Shown here: positions 37,030 to 47,023 of the stretch, in pieces
Position numbering within the stretch: the stretch's first letter is position 1
How the letters are laid out: each line of letters opens with the position of its first letter
Source: Longimicrobiales bacterium
GTDB lineage: Bacteria; Gemmatimonadota; Gemmatimonadetes; Longimicrobiales; Gaopeijiaceae
Assembly: GCA_965202985.1 (NCBI GenBank)
Contig: CBDBCF010000001.1
Location: 608,001-672,000, forward strand
DNA: 64,000 bases
Direction: 5' to 3'
Position numbers and translations under genes: made by a program
Notes under the pieces: model-generated
What the model was told of the DNA's origin: nothing
The model's input: the letters and a program-made list of their open reading frames with translations, nothing else
Databases searched by the model: none

Positions 37030-38296
37030 TCCGGGCCCCGTCTGCGGCTCGCGCGGTGAACAGCTCGCTGCTGCGCGGCGGTCGGCCCAGCTGCGGGCCG
37101 TAGAATCGCTCCGACAGTGCATCCATGACCTTGGGCGCGGCGTTGGGACCGCACAGGGCTACGACGCAGCCGCCGAAGCCGGCGCCCGTCAGTCGCGCAC
37201 CGGCCGCGCCAGCGCCGACGGCCGTCGCCACGATCTGGTCCAGCTCCCGCGTGCTCGCCTCGTAGTCGTCCCGCAGGCTCTCGTGCGAGCGGACCATGAG
37301 GGCACCGAACTCCGTCATTCGCGAATCGGCCATGGCCGCTTGGGCCAACTCGACGCGCCGTGCCTCGGTCAGGACGTGACGGAAGCGGCGCAGCAGGACG
37401 GGCTCCAGGACGCGCCCGGCCCGCTCCAGCAGCTCGTCGATCTCGATCGGCGTCGCCGGGGCGGAGATCGCGGCGCCGGACGCGCTCGGGGCGTTGCCCG
37501 CGCGCGGAGACGCAACCGAACCGCAAGCAAGCGCGATCTCGGCGTAGGTCCGCGGCACGGGTGAAGGCGCTCCTGCACCGGCCGGCGGGGGCCATGCCGC
37601 CGTCATCCGCGCCAGCGCCGCCCGGCATTCGCGAGGCCGCGCGTTGTAGGCGTCCTGGGCGCCCCCGTCCCGAGCGGCCCGGGTCTTTTCGGCGTGCGCC
37701 AGCGAGAACGCAACCACCCATCGCCACCGGGCGGGGATCGCCACGGGCGTCACGCGCAGCGGCTCGAAGTTGATCCTAAGGGCGTGTCCACGCCGACCGC
37801 ACAGGCTGGCCGCCTGGTCCATGCCCCCGCCCTCCAACCCGGCGAAGCGCTCGGCCTTGGCCAGCAGGGCCGCCAGCTCCAGGCGCGGGACCTGCGCTCC
37901 GTTCGCGTCCAGCAGCCCCAGCGCCGACGCCACCACCAGCGCCGACGAAGACGAGAGCCCGGCCGCGACCGGCAAGCGGCCCCGGACGACGCCTTCGATT
38001 CCCCTTTCGAGGGCGACGCCATGGCCAGCCAAGCCACGAGCGGCGGCGCGGACGTAGTTCGACCAGTGCCCGTCTCGCGCGCGCTCGATCCGTCGGTCCA
38101 GCCGGAACGCGAAAGACAGAAATTGCCCGGCGGCTCCGGCCAGCCGCACCACGGGCTCGTCCAGCGGCCGAAACTCGATCTGCACGTCCCGGTCGATCGC
38201 CATCGGAAGGACGGGCAAGCCGTTGTAGTCGATGTGCTCGCCGATCAGGTTGACGCGCCCGGGAGCGGCCGCGCACCGGATCGAAGTTGCGTGCAC
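36962..38296 (-). CDS. galK: Galactokinase (GHMP kinase)
   Basis: APGRVNLIGEHIDY, P.AAGLSSSSA, GGMDQ, SH.SLRDDYE, GARLTGAGFGGC. Confidence 0.88.
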   Translation of the reverse strand: MHATSIRCAAAPGRVNLIGEHIDYNGLPVLPMAIDRDVQIEFRPLDEPVVRLAGAAGQFLSFAFRLDRRIERARDGHWSNYVRAAARGLAGHGVALERGIEGVVRGRLPVAAGLSSSSALVVASALGLLDANGAQVPRLELAALLAKAERFAGLEGGGMDQAASLCGRRGHALRINFEPLRVTPVAIPARWRWVVAFSLAHAEKTRAARDGGAQDAYNARPRECRAALARMTAAWPPPAGAGAPSPVPRTYAEIALACGSVASPRAGNAPSASGAAISAPATPIEIDELLERAGRVLEPVLLRRFRHVLTEARRVELAQAAMADSRMTEFGALMVRSHESLRDDYEASTRELDQIVATAVGAGAAGARLTGAGFGGCVVALCGPNAAPKVMDALSERFYGPQLGRPPRSSELFTARAADGARITGGSGATPSGVAASSGSPRPA

Positions 38297-40069
38297 CTAT
38301 GCGGTCGCCCGCGGCAGAACCCGAAACAGCCACGCGCCCGCCCCGATCGACACGCCCAAGGCCAGCGCGGCGGCCACCGGTCGGCCGTACAGCAGATAGC
38401 CCGTGCCGAAGAGCGCGCCGTAGACCAGGACGCAACCCAGGAACCACGCCAAGAACGCCGCAGTGACCGAAGAGCCGTCGTCTCCTTCCTCGGCGGCGCC
38501 TGCGTTCACGACCCGTCGCCACCCTTTGCCCAGGGGCCGGATCTTGTCGTAGAAGCGCTGCAGGGTCGCCTCGTCCTCGGGCGGCGTCGCAAAGGTTGCG
38601 GCGAGCCATCCGGCGGTCGTGACGGCAACGCCCACGACCAGCTGGACTTGCGTTGCGACGGGCTCGAAGCCCAGTGCGCCGTGGACCCACGCAAAGTAGA
38701 CGGCCACGAGAAAGGAAACGGTCATTCCGGTCAGCTCGCTCCAGACGTTGACCCGATACCAGAACCAGCGCAGCAAGAAGATCAGGCCCGTTCCCGCGCC
38801 GATCTGAAGCAGGATTTGGAACCCTTGTCCGGCCGTGTCCAGCTGCAACGCCACGGCCGCGCCGGCCACCATGAGCGCCACGGTGGACAGCCGCCCCGCC
38901 AGCACAAGTCGGCGTTCGTCGGCGTTCGGGTTCACGAAGCGCCGGTAGACGTCGTTGACCACGTACGACGCGCCCCAGTTGAGCTGCGTGCTGACGGTGG
39001 ACATGTAGGCGGCGGCCAACGACGCCACCACCAAGCCCAGCAGCCCCGCGGGCAGAAACACCAGCATGGCCGGATAGGCCAAGTCGTTGCCCACCAGGGA
39101 CGGGTCCAAGTTCGGAAAGCGCGCCCGAATGTCCGACAACTCCGGATACACGACCATGGAGCAGAGCGCCACGACGATCCACGGCCAGGGCCGGAGGCCG
39201 TAGTGCGCCACGTTGAACCACAGGGTCGCCTTCATGGACTCCCGCTCGTTCTTGGCGGCGAGCATCCGCTGGGCCACGTAGCCGCCGCCCCCCGGCTCGG
39301 CGCCGGGATACCACGCGCTCCACCACTGAACCGCAACGGGGATCACGAAGATCGCCGCCGCGGTGGACCAGTCGGAAAAGTCGGGCAGGAAGTTCATGGC
39401 GTCGCGCACGCCGGGGTTCGCGAGCAGGCCGCTCAGGCCGCCCACCTCGGGCTGCGCGAGCGAGAACCACGCCGCGGCCAAGGAGCCCGCCATGGCGACC
39501 ACGAAGAGGATCAAATCGGTGGCGACCACGCCCCAGAGACCGGAGGTGGCCGAATAGAGCATGGCTACGGACCCGGCGACCAGCACCGTCGCGAGAGGGT
39601 CCAGTCCCAGGAGCACGCCCCCGATCTTGGTCGCCGCCAGAGTGACCGTGGCGATGATCATCACGTTGTAGAAGACGCCCAGGTACAGGGCCCTGAACCC
39701 GCGCAAGAACGCCGCCGGGCGTCCCGAATAGCGCAACTCGTAGAACTCGATGTCGGTGAGCGCGCCCGACCGCCGCCACAGCTTGGCGTAGAAGAAGACC
39801 GTGCACATGCCCGTGATCAGGAACGCCCACCACGACCAGTTCTTGGCCACGCCGCCGTCCCGGACGAAGTCGGACACCAAGTTCGGCGTGTCGGTCGAAA
39901 ACGTGGTCGCCACCATCGAGGTGCCCAGCAGCCACCACGGAAGCTTGCGTCCCGACAGGAAGAATTCGCCGGCCCCCGCACCTGCGCGCCGCGCAAAACG
40001 CAGCCCGATGGCAAGGGCGCCGAGGCCGTACAGAGCAATGACGAACCAGTCGAGCGGTGCGAGTTGCAT
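38297..40069 (-). CDS. Sodium:solute symporter (SSS) family protein
   Basis: FFLSGR.LPWW..GTSMVATTFS, YVAQRMLAA, AAYMST; many hydrophobic segments. Confidence 0.92.
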   Translation of the reverse strand: MQLAPLDWFVIALYGLGALAIGLRFARRAGAGAGEFFLSGRKLPWWLLGTSMVATTFSTDTPNLVSDFVRDGGVAKNWSWWAFLITGMCTVFFYAKLWRRSGALTDIEFYELRYSGRPAAFLRGFRALYLGVFYNVMIIATVTLAATKIGGVLLGLDPLATVLVAGSVAMLYSATSGLWGVVATDLILFVVAMAGSLAAAWFSLAQPEVGGLSGLLANPGVRDAMNFLPDFSDWSTAAAIFVIPVAVQWWSAWYPGAEPGGGGYVAQRMLAAKNERESMKATLWFNVAHYGLRPWPWIVVALCSMVVYPELSDIRARFPNLDPSLVGNDLAYPAMLVFLPAGLLGLVVASLAAAYMSTVSTQLNWGASYVVNDVYRRFVNPNADERRLVLAGRLSTVALMVAGAAVALQLDTAGQGFQILLQIGAGTGLIFLLRWFWYRVNVWSELTGMTVSFLVAVYFAWVHGALGFEPVATQVQLVVGVAVTTAGWLAATFATPPEDEATLQRFYDKIRPLGKGWRRVVNAGAAEEGDDGSSVTAAFLAWFLGCVLVYGALFGTGYLLYGRPVAAALALGVSIGAGAWLFRVLPRATA

Positions 40070-40083
40070 GGGGCGTCCTTGGT

Positions 40084-41019
40084 CTATGCCGGGGCGCCGA
40101 GCGGCCGCCCCCACAAGCGACGAGGGTAGACTCCGGATTCTACCATGGCTTGCAGGGCCGCGGCTACGCGGTCGCGGTCGCGGGGAAAGGTGACGCCCAT
40201 CCAAGTTGCGCGCGTGGGCAGGACCGAAACACGAACCCGGCGGGCGGCGATCAAGTCGTTCACGGCTTCCGTGAGGTAGAACTCGGCGTCGGGGCCCGGG
40301 CCGGCCCGGAGGAAGGCGGCGAAGCGCTCGGCGAGCAGGGGAACGATCTCGGGCGCAAACCCCCACAGGTTGGTGCACACGAGCGCATCCAGGTCGGTCT
40401 CCACCGGGGCGCCCGTCGGGTCCCGGCCCACGACGCGGCTGCCGCGGCGATGCAGTTCCAGCCCTTCGACGAGCCCCTTCAGCGTCCCGTTCGGGCCAAC
40501 CCGGCAGAGACCTCTGGACACGCCTCCCGCCGCCGAGAGCGTGGCCCGCAACGGATAGGCGACCGTGCATGCGGGCACAGGCCGGGCGTCCGGCGCCTCC
40601 CACAGACCGCGCGCCACTGTCGCGTACGCCTCTCGTCCGTAGAAGTCGTCGGCGTTGCAGACCGCAAACGGGCCAACGATGCGATCCTTGGCCGACAGGA
40701 CCGCGAAGCCGGTGCCCCAAGGCTTCGCGCGACGTCGCGCTTCCTGGCAGCAAAACTCCACGCGCAGACCGGCCTGGCGAGCCGGCGCCACGTGAGCCTC
40801 GAATGCGTCGCGCATCGCCTCTTGGACGACGAGCACGAAGCCGCCGAACCCTGCCAGCGCTCCGTCGTAGAAGGCGTAGTCCAGCAGGGCTTCGCCGCCG
40901 GGACCCAGCGCCTCCAGCTGCTTCGGCCGGCCAAAGCGCGTGGACCGACCGGCTGCAAGAACGACCAGAATCGGTGCGGCGCCGGCCGGCCGCGCACCAT
41001 CACGACTGGCCGACGCCAC
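40084..41019 (-). CDS. Sugar-phosphate nucleotidyltransferase (NTP_transferase family)
   Basis: LVVLAAGRSTRFG..KQ, KPWGTG.AV, NADDFYG, VSRG.C, EFYL, W.GVT. Confidence 0.88.
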   Translation of the reverse strand: MASASRDGARPAGAAPILVVLAAGRSTRFGRPKQLEALGPGGEALLDYAFYDGALAGFGGFVLVVQEAMRDAFEAHVAPARQAGLRVEFCCQEARRRAKPWGTGFAVLSAKDRIVGPFAVCNADDFYGREAYATVARGLWEAPDARPVPACTVAYPLRATLSAAGGVSRGLCRVGPNGTLKGLVEGLELHRRGSRVVGRDPTGAPVETDLDALVCTNLWGFAPEIVPLLAERFAAFLRAGPGPDAEFYLTEAVNDLIAARRVRVSVLPTRATWMGVTFPRDRDRVAAALQAMVESGVYPRRLWGRPLGAPA

Positions 41020-41048
41020 AGTCCTTCGTTCCGGTCCCGACGCGCCCG

Positions 41049-41546
41049 CTACTTTCGAGCTTCCAAGACTTCCTTGATGTCCTGCATGCGCTCCGACGTG
41101 ACCGCGTGCAGATCCTGAACGCGACCAGACGTCACGTCTCGCAGATCTTGAATCCTGTCCGACATGACGTCCTTCAAGGTGTCGATGTGGGCGGCAACCC
41201 GGCCCTCGACCTTGTCGATATGAGCGGCGACCCGATCCTCGCTCTTCTCGACCTGCGCCATGATGCGATCTTCGGTTCTCTCGATGTTCTTGCCGATCGC
41301 TTCGTGAGCTCGCGCCCCCTCGGCACGCACTTGGGCAATCGATTCCTTCACTTCCTGGAACTGCCTGTCCACGGACTCGAACCGCTTGTCCACGGACTCG
41401 AACTGCTTGTCCACGGATTCGAACCGCTTGTCCACGGACTCGCGCAAGTCGTCGATCCGCGTTGCCAGCCAACGGGCAATGGCAATTTGACTGCCGATGA
41501 TCGCTGCGAATGCGCCCAATGCTCCGAGTGTCGCTGCAAAATCCAT
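41049..41546 (-). CDS. Membrane-anchored coiled-coil repeat protein
   Basis: N-terminal hydrophobic helix, then (ESVDKRF)-like heptads and 11-residue repeats; AAGGAG RBS. Confidence 0.75.
   Translation of the reverse strand: MDFAATLGALGAFAAIIGSQIAIARWLATRIDDLRESVDKRFESVDKQFESVDKRFESVDRQFQEVKESIAQVRAEGARAHEAIGKNIERTEDRIMAQVEKSEDRVAAHIDKVEGRVAAHIDTLKDVMSDRIQDLRDVTSGRVQDLHAVTSERMQDIKEVLEARK
41358..41441. repeat. 21-bp tandem repeat, 4 copies
   Basis: GAACYGCYTGTCCACGGAYTC at 41358, 41379, 41400, 41421. Confidence 0.92.
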
Positions 41547-41605
41547 GTGCTTTTTCTCCTTTCGGACGGGTTGTCCCCGTCGCTTTGCGTGATGGCCGGT
41601 GCTCG

Positions 41606-42370
41606 TCACCGGCGCATTTTGCCCCCCAGTCCGACCACTTTGAGTACCTTCGCCAACGGGTCGTAGTACCGGTCCGCGACGCGCTCCTTGAGTGGAATAA
41701 TTGCGTTGTCGGTGATGGTGATGTGCTCCGGGCAGACGACCGTGCAGCACTTGGTGATGTTGCAGTAGCCCACGCCGTCGCGCTCCTTCAAGTCCGCCAA
41801 GCGGTCTTCGTCGTCGGCGGGATGCATGTCCAGATAGGCCGCGTGCACAAAGAACCGGGGGCCGATGAACTTGCCCTCCAGGTGGTAGTGATGGTCCCGA
41901 TCCACGTGGCACACGTCCTGGCACAGGAAACACTCGATGCACTTCCTGAACTCCTGGGAGCGCTCCACGTCGGGCTGATGCATCTTCCACGTTCCGTCTT
42001 CGTGGTCGGGCGGGCGCGGCTTGAAAGGCTTGATCCGCTTCTTGATCTCGTAGTTGACGCTCACGTCGGACACCAAGTCCTTCTGCACCGGAAACGCCTG
42101 CATCGGCTCCACGGTGACGGGCCGGTCCACGGGCAAGGTGTTCATGCGCGTCATGCACATGAGCTTGGGCTGTCCGTTGACTTCGGCCGAGCAGGAGCCG
42201 CACTTGCCGGCCTTGCAGTTCCACCGCACGGCCAAATCGTTGGCTTGCTCGGCCTGGATCTTGTGGACCACGTCCAGCACCACCATCCCCTCGGAGTAGC
42301 CGGTGCGGTAGGTCTCGAATTCGCCGCCCTCCGAGTCCCCCCGCCATATCCTGAACGTCGCTTCGTGCAT
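41606..42370 (-). CDS. sdhB: Succinate dehydrogenase/fumarate reductase iron-sulfur subunit
   Basis: NCKAGKCGSC...LMC, CIECFLCQDVC, CNITKCCTVVCP. Confidence 0.93.
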   Translation of the reverse strand: MHEATFRIWRGDSEGGEFETYRTGYSEGMVVLDVVHKIQAEQANDLAVRWNCKAGKCGSCSAEVNGQPKLMCMTRMNTLPVDRPVTVEPMQAFPVQKDLVSDVSVNYEIKKRIKPFKPRPPDHEDGTWKMHQPDVERSQEFRKCIECFLCQDVCHVDRDHHYHLEGKFIGPRFFVHAAYLDMHPADDEDRLADLKERDGVGYCNITKCCTVVCPEHITITDNAIIPLKERVADRYYDPLAKVLKVVGLGGKMRR

Positions 42371-44172
42371 CAGCCTTGCTCCTCGATGATCCTTGCGAGT
42401 CTTTCGGGCAACGGCAGGACCGGCTCCTTGCGGACCTGCATGGAGCCGTCCTCGCCCTTTTCGACGATCAAGTTCGCCTTGCCCCACTCCGGGTCCTTGT
42501 TCCGGTAGTCGTTCCGGCTGTGGGCACCCCGGCTCTCCTTGCGTTCCTTGGCCGCCACGGCAACGGCTTCGGACACGGTAAGCAAGGGCTCCAAGTCCAG
42601 CGCCGCGTGCCACCCCGAGTTCCACTCCCGGTTTCCATGCACCTTGACCTTGGCCGCCCGCGCGCGCAGCTCCGCCAAGGCCTCGAGCGCGTGGTCCATC
42701 TCTCCCTCTGCGCGGATGATCCCCACGTTGTCCTGCATCATGTCCTGCAACGCCTGCTGGATCTGGTAGGGACCCTCGCCCGAGTCGTCGCGATCGAACG
42801 GCGTCAGCACCGCCCGCGCCGCGGCTTCCGCATCGCCCTCGCGCACCGACGCAGGCCCGGCGGACCTTGCGTGCTCGGCCGCGTGCTCGCCGGCCCGCTT
42901 GCCGAACACCACCAAATCCGACAGCGAGTTGCCGCCCAGGCGGTTGGCGCCGTGAAGCCCGGTGGCGCACTCGCCCGCCGCGAACAGACCCGGCACGGTT
43001 GTCATCTGGCTGACCGAATCCACGCGCACGCCCCCCATGGCGTAGTGCGTGGTCGGCCCGACTTCCATGGGCTCTTCGGTGATGTCCAGGTCGGCCAGCT
43101 GCCTGAACTGGTGGTACATCGACGGAAGCTTGCGCTTGATGTGCTCGGCGCCTCCGTCGACCCGGTCCTTGATCCACGCGATGTCCAGGAATGCGCCGCC
43201 GTGAGGACTCCCGCGTCCCGCCTTGACCTCGGCCAGGATCATGCGCGCCACGTGGTCCCGGGTCAGAAGCTCGGGAGGCCGGCGCGCGTCGCGATCTCCG
43301 GTCACGTAGCGCCAGCCCTCCTCCGCGTCGTCGGCCACCAAGTCCTCGTACAGCTCGGGGATGTTGTCGAACATGAAGCGCTTGCCTTCGCTGTTCGTAA
43401 GCACGCCCCCTTCGCCGCGCACGCCCTCGGTGACCAATATGCCGCGCACCGAAAGCGGCCACACCATGCCGGTCGGATGGAACTGGACGAATTCCATGTC
43501 CTTGAGCTGTGCGCCGGCGTGGTACGCGAGCGAGATTCCGTCGCCGGTGCACTCCCACGAGTTGGACGTAATCTTGTACGCCTTGCCCAGGCCGCCCGTG
43601 GCCAAGATCACGGCAGGCGCCTTGTACAGATGGAAGCGCCCGCGCTCCCTGTCGTAGCCGAAGGCACCGGCGACGCGCTCGCCGTCCTTGAACAGGGTGG
43701 TGATCGCGACCTCCATGTGCACGGCGATGCCCTGGTGGATTCCGTAGTCCTGCAGGGTGCGGATCATCTCCAGTCCTGTGCGGTCGCCCACGTGGGCCAG
43801 CCTGGGGTACGCGTGCCCGCCGAAGTTCCGCTGCAGTATGCGCCCTTCCGACGTGCGGTCGAACAGCGCCCCCCACGCCTCGAGCTCGTTGACGCGCGCC
43901 GGCGCTTCCTTGGCGTGAATCTCCGCCATCTCCCACTGGTTCAGGTACTGGCCGCCCCGCATGGTGTCGGCGAAGTGCACTTGCCAGCCGTCGCGCTCGT
44001 CCACGTTGGCCAGCGACGCCGCCATGCCGCCTTCGGCCATGACGGTGTGAGCCTTGCCCAAGAGCGACTTGCACACGAGTCCGACGCGCACGCCCTTGGC
44101 GGAGGCCTCGATGGCGGCCCGGAGCCCCGCCCCTCCGGCGCCGACGACGAGCACGTCGTATTCGTGCGTCAT
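42370..44172 (-). CDS. sdhA: Succinate dehydrogenase/fumarate reductase flavoprotein subunit
   Basis: GAGGAG, KAHTVMAEGG, QFHPT, TEGVRGEGG, HYAMGG, HGANRLGGNSL, ESRGAH. Confidence 0.95.
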   Translation of the reverse strand: MTHEYDVLVVGAGGAGLRAAIEASAKGVRVGLVCKSLLGKAHTVMAEGGMAASLANVDERDGWQVHFADTMRGGQYLNQWEMAEIHAKEAPARVNELEAWGALFDRTSEGRILQRNFGGHAYPRLAHVGDRTGLEMIRTLQDYGIHQGIAVHMEVAITTLFKDGERVAGAFGYDRERGRFHLYKAPAVILATGGLGKAYKITSNSWECTGDGISLAYHAGAQLKDMEFVQFHPTGMVWPLSVRGILVTEGVRGEGGVLTNSEGKRFMFDNIPELYEDLVADDAEEGWRYVTGDRDARRPPELLTRDHVARMILAEVKAGRGSPHGGAFLDIAWIKDRVDGGAEHIKRKLPSMYHQFRQLADLDITEEPMEVGPTTHYAMGGVRVDSVSQMTTVPGLFAAGECATGLHGANRLGGNSLSDLVVFGKRAGEHAAEHARSAGPASVREGDAEAAARAVLTPFDRDDSGEGPYQIQQALQDMMQDNVGIIRAEGEMDHALEALAELRARAAKVKVHGNREWNSGWHAALDLEPLLTVSEAVAVAAKERKESRGAHSRNDYRNKDPEWGKANLIVEKGEDGSMQVRKEPVLPLPERLARIIEEQG

Positions 44173-44966
44173 CACAGGATCCTCGGGTCGGTCCACACGC
44201 CCATGGCGCACATGCGGATGTAAAAGTCCGTGAAGCCGACCCAGAACAGGCTCAGCCACGCGAACAGCTGGTGACGCTCGTTGCACCACGTCGCCCCCTT
44301 CCATGCCTTGAGCCGCGTCGGCCGTCGGGCCAGCCGGTTGAGTCTGCCGCCCACCAAGTGCCGCAGCGAGTGGCATCCGAAGGTGTAGCCCGACAGCAGG
44401 ACCACGTTCGTCAGCAGCACCAGCGTGCCCAGGCCGATCCCGAACTCGTCGTGGTCGGGGCCGAACCACAGGCCGCGGTAGACGTCGATCGACAGGATGA
44501 TCAAGAACGCCAGGGCGAAGTACAGGAAGAAGCGGTGCAGGTTCTGGAAGATCAGGGGAAAGGAGTGCTCTCCCCGGTAGTTCTTCTGGGCCTTGCCGAC
44601 CCCGCAGCCGGGAGGCGACGCCCAGTGCGACTTGTAGTAGGCGCCTCGGTAGTAGTAGCAGGTGAAGCGAAAACCTCCCGGCGCCCAGAGAATCAGGAAC
44701 GCCGGGTAGAACGGAAGCCACGCCGGCCACCAGCCGGGCAGCGCGCCGAACACCGCATGGTGCGACTCGCCGAACAGGAGGGGCGAGTACATGGGGGAAA
44801 GGTATCCCTCGTGCTCGAAGTGACCGTTCTGGAGCGCCGCCCACGTGGAGTAGACGATGAACGCCGTCAGGCCCAAGAACACGGCCGCGGGCTTGGTCCA
44901 CCAACGGTCGGTTCGGGCCGTCTGCAGGAACGGACGCCGGGAAACGGTCGCCAGAGGCTGGGCCAT
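44172..44966 (-). CDS. Succinate dehydrogenase membrane anchor, mycobacterial Sdh1 (Rv0249c)-like
   Basis: FRFTCYYYRGAY, FPLIFQNLHR, YTFGCHSLRH; first gene of the operon. Confidence 0.8.
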   Translation of the reverse strand: MAQPLATVSRRPFLQTARTDRWWTKPAAVFLGLTAFIVYSTWAALQNGHFEHEGYLSPMYSPLLFGESHHAVFGALPGWWPAWLPFYPAFLILWAPGGFRFTCYYYRGAYYKSHWASPPGCGVGKAQKNYRGEHSFPLIFQNLHRFFLYFALAFLIILSIDVYRGLWFGPDHDEFGIGLGTLVLLTNVVLLSGYTFGCHSLRHLVGGRLNRLARRPTRLKAWKGATWCNERHQLFAWLSLFWVGFTDFYIRMCAMGVWTDPRIL

Positions 44967-45066
44967 GGGGTGGCGGACCTCCTCTTCGGGGACGGTGTGC
45001 GGGTGGGCGCTGAGCGAGACGGCCCTAGTAAACTACAATGGATCGACACGCTCCGCTTGGCTGCGC

Positions 45067-46974
45067 TCAGTCTCCCAAACCGGCAGCCTTCAGCAGCCGC
45101 AACGCGTTCGTGGACTTGGCGATGCCCGCGACCAAGCGGTAGTCGAAGTGCAGTCCCTCGTCGTCTTCGCCCACGAACTCGGTGCAGTGGACGGCGACGG
45201 AACGAGCAGCCAGGTCGTCGGCATCGGCCAGGGTCAGGTCGTGGGTGGTCGCGGCGCCGACGGCGCCCGACGCGAGCAATCGGCGAAGGACGGCACGGGC
45301 GGCGATTCGGCGTTCGGCGCTGTTGGTGCCCTGCAGGATCTCGTCCAGCAGGTAGAGCGTTCTGGAGGTGGCGCCGGCCTCGGCGGCGCTCACCACCTGC
45401 TTCAGCCGACGGAGTTCGGCCATGAAGAACGACTCGCCGCGCACCAGCGAATCCCGCACGCCCATGCACGTGACGACCCGCACCGGGGGCAAGCGGAACG
45501 ATTGCGCGCAGACCGGGGCCCCGGCGCGGGCCAGCACCGTGTTCAGTCCCACGGCCTTCAACAAGGTGGACTTGCCCGACATGTTGGAGCCGGTCACCAA
45601 CAGAAACGACCCCGGCGGCCCGATCTCGACATCGTTGCCCACGCAAACCGGCGGCGGCAGCAGCGGGTGGCCCAGTTCCCGCCCATGGAGAGCGTTCGCG
45701 TCCGGGGCCAAGTCGGGCGCCGCCCACTCTGGGTTGTCGGCGGCAAGGGCGCCCAGGGCCGCAAGCGCCTCGGCCTCTCCAACGGCAGTCAGCCAGCTTC
45801 GCACGCGGCGGCCCGCGCGACGCCTCCATCGTTCGAGGGCCGCCAACACGTGCACGTCCCAGAAGAAGATCGTGGCCAAGGGCAAGTGAAACAGAGGCGA
45901 TCCCCGCAGGTCCGCCATGTCCAGCAAGCGGCGCAGCGACTTGATCTCGGCGTGCGCGGGCCGCGCGTCGTCGCTGGCCGGCGCCTCGGGACCGGAGTTG
46001 CCGGGGCGGTCGGGGCGGCCTCCGCGAAGTGTGGCACGGATCGACGCGGCGTATTGCGATTCCAGGTTGGAGTCGGACACGTGGGCGAAGAGGCGCCCGT
46101 AATTTCGGATGCGCGACTCGCCGTCCTCGGCCTGGGCAAACGTTCGCCCGATCGTCTTCCAGCACGGGGCAAGGACGAGCGCCGATGCCGTCAGCGGCCA
46201 CGCAATCACGCTTGTCGACGCAAGGTCCAGCGCATAGAGGACGATCGACGCAACGTTGACCGGCGGCAGCACCCAGCCGGCCACGCGAAGCCAGCGAAGC
46301 GGACGGCGGCTCGACAGATCGTCGTCGCCCTCGGCCCAGCTCAGGAACCTGCCGGGAGCCGACTCGGATTCGGCGCTCGCGTCCTCAACCAGCCTGGCCT
46401 CCGCGGCCAATCGGTCTCGAAAGTCGATCGCCTCGGCAAGCTCGGCGACGGCCTCCTGCCGCAACGCGACGGTCCTTGCATCCGCGCCGCCGAGCAACCA
46501 AGCCCGCAACGTTCGGCGGCCGGCCGCGGTTCGACACGCGCCGCCGATCAGGTGCAGCAGCGACGCCTCGCCCCACAGGTCCAGGTCGTCGGCGTAGTCG
46601 TGATCGGGCGGAGAAACGGGCTCGGGGCCTGCTGCGACGGGCGGCAGCGGCAGCGCGGACCAGCATCGCTCGACCCGCGCGATCCCCTCCCGATTGAACT
46701 CCGCCATCAGCGTCGCCCGGCGCTGGCGAAGGCGCGCCCGGCGTTGCCAGGCAACTAGGCACCCGAACGCGACGGCTGCCAGCGTCAGCAGAAGGACGGC
46801 CTCCGAGCCTTGCCCGGACGCAAACAACAGCCACGCCGCCGCTGCGACGACGACGAACAAGGTCAGCCGGCCGCGCGCGTGCTTCCGAACTTGGCGTTCG
46901 TGCGCCGCGGCCCGCTCCTCGAACTGCTGCGCCCGCGCGGCGTAAACGGCGGCCGGGTCGGCGCGTCCGTTCAG
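45067..46974 (-). CDS. MutS-related ATPase with N-terminal membrane segments
   Basis: DDLDLWGE.SL, GHPLL, VTGSNMSGKST, D.L..GES.F.AE, LLDEIL.GTNS, TTHD; frame open upstream of the ORF-track start (46860), no canonical start found. Confidence 0.85.
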   Translation of the reverse strand: MNGRADPAAVYAARAQQFEERAAAHERQVRKHARGRLTLFVVVAAAAWLLFASGQGSEAVLLLTLAAVAFGCLVAWQRRARLRQRRATLMAEFNREGIARVERCWSALPLPPVAAGPEPVSPPDHDYADDLDLWGEASLLHLIGGACRTAAGRRTLRAWLLGGADARTVALRQEAVAELAEAIDFRDRLAAEARLVEDASAESESAPGRFLSWAEGDDDLSSRRPLRWLRVAGWVLPPVNVASIVLYALDLASTSVIAWPLTASALVLAPCWKTIGRTFAQAEDGESRIRNYGRLFAHVSDSNLESQYAASIRATLRGGRPDRPGNSGPEAPASDDARPAHAEIKSLRRLLDMADLRGSPLFHLPLATIFFWDVHVLAALERWRRRAGRRVRSWLTAVGEAEALAALGALAADNPEWAAPDLAPDANALHGRELGHPLLPPPVCVGNDVEIGPPGSFLLVTGSNMSGKSTLLKAVGLNTVLARAGAPVCAQSFRLPPVRVVTCMGVRDSLVRGESFFMAELRRLKQVVSAAEAGATSRTLYLLDEILQGTNSAERRIAARAVLRRLLASGAVGAATTHDLTLADADDLAARSVAVHCTEFVGEDDEGLHFDYRLVAGIAKSTNALRLLKAAGLGD

Positions 46975-47023
46975 GAGCCCGGTCCCGGCAGGAGATCGCC
47001 GCTCTCGGCGCCCGAGTGCCCCA

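Noticed and set aside
41358..41441. 21-bp repeats as a CRISPR array
   Set aside because: No spacers, in-frame coding heptads, and no cas genes in the window.
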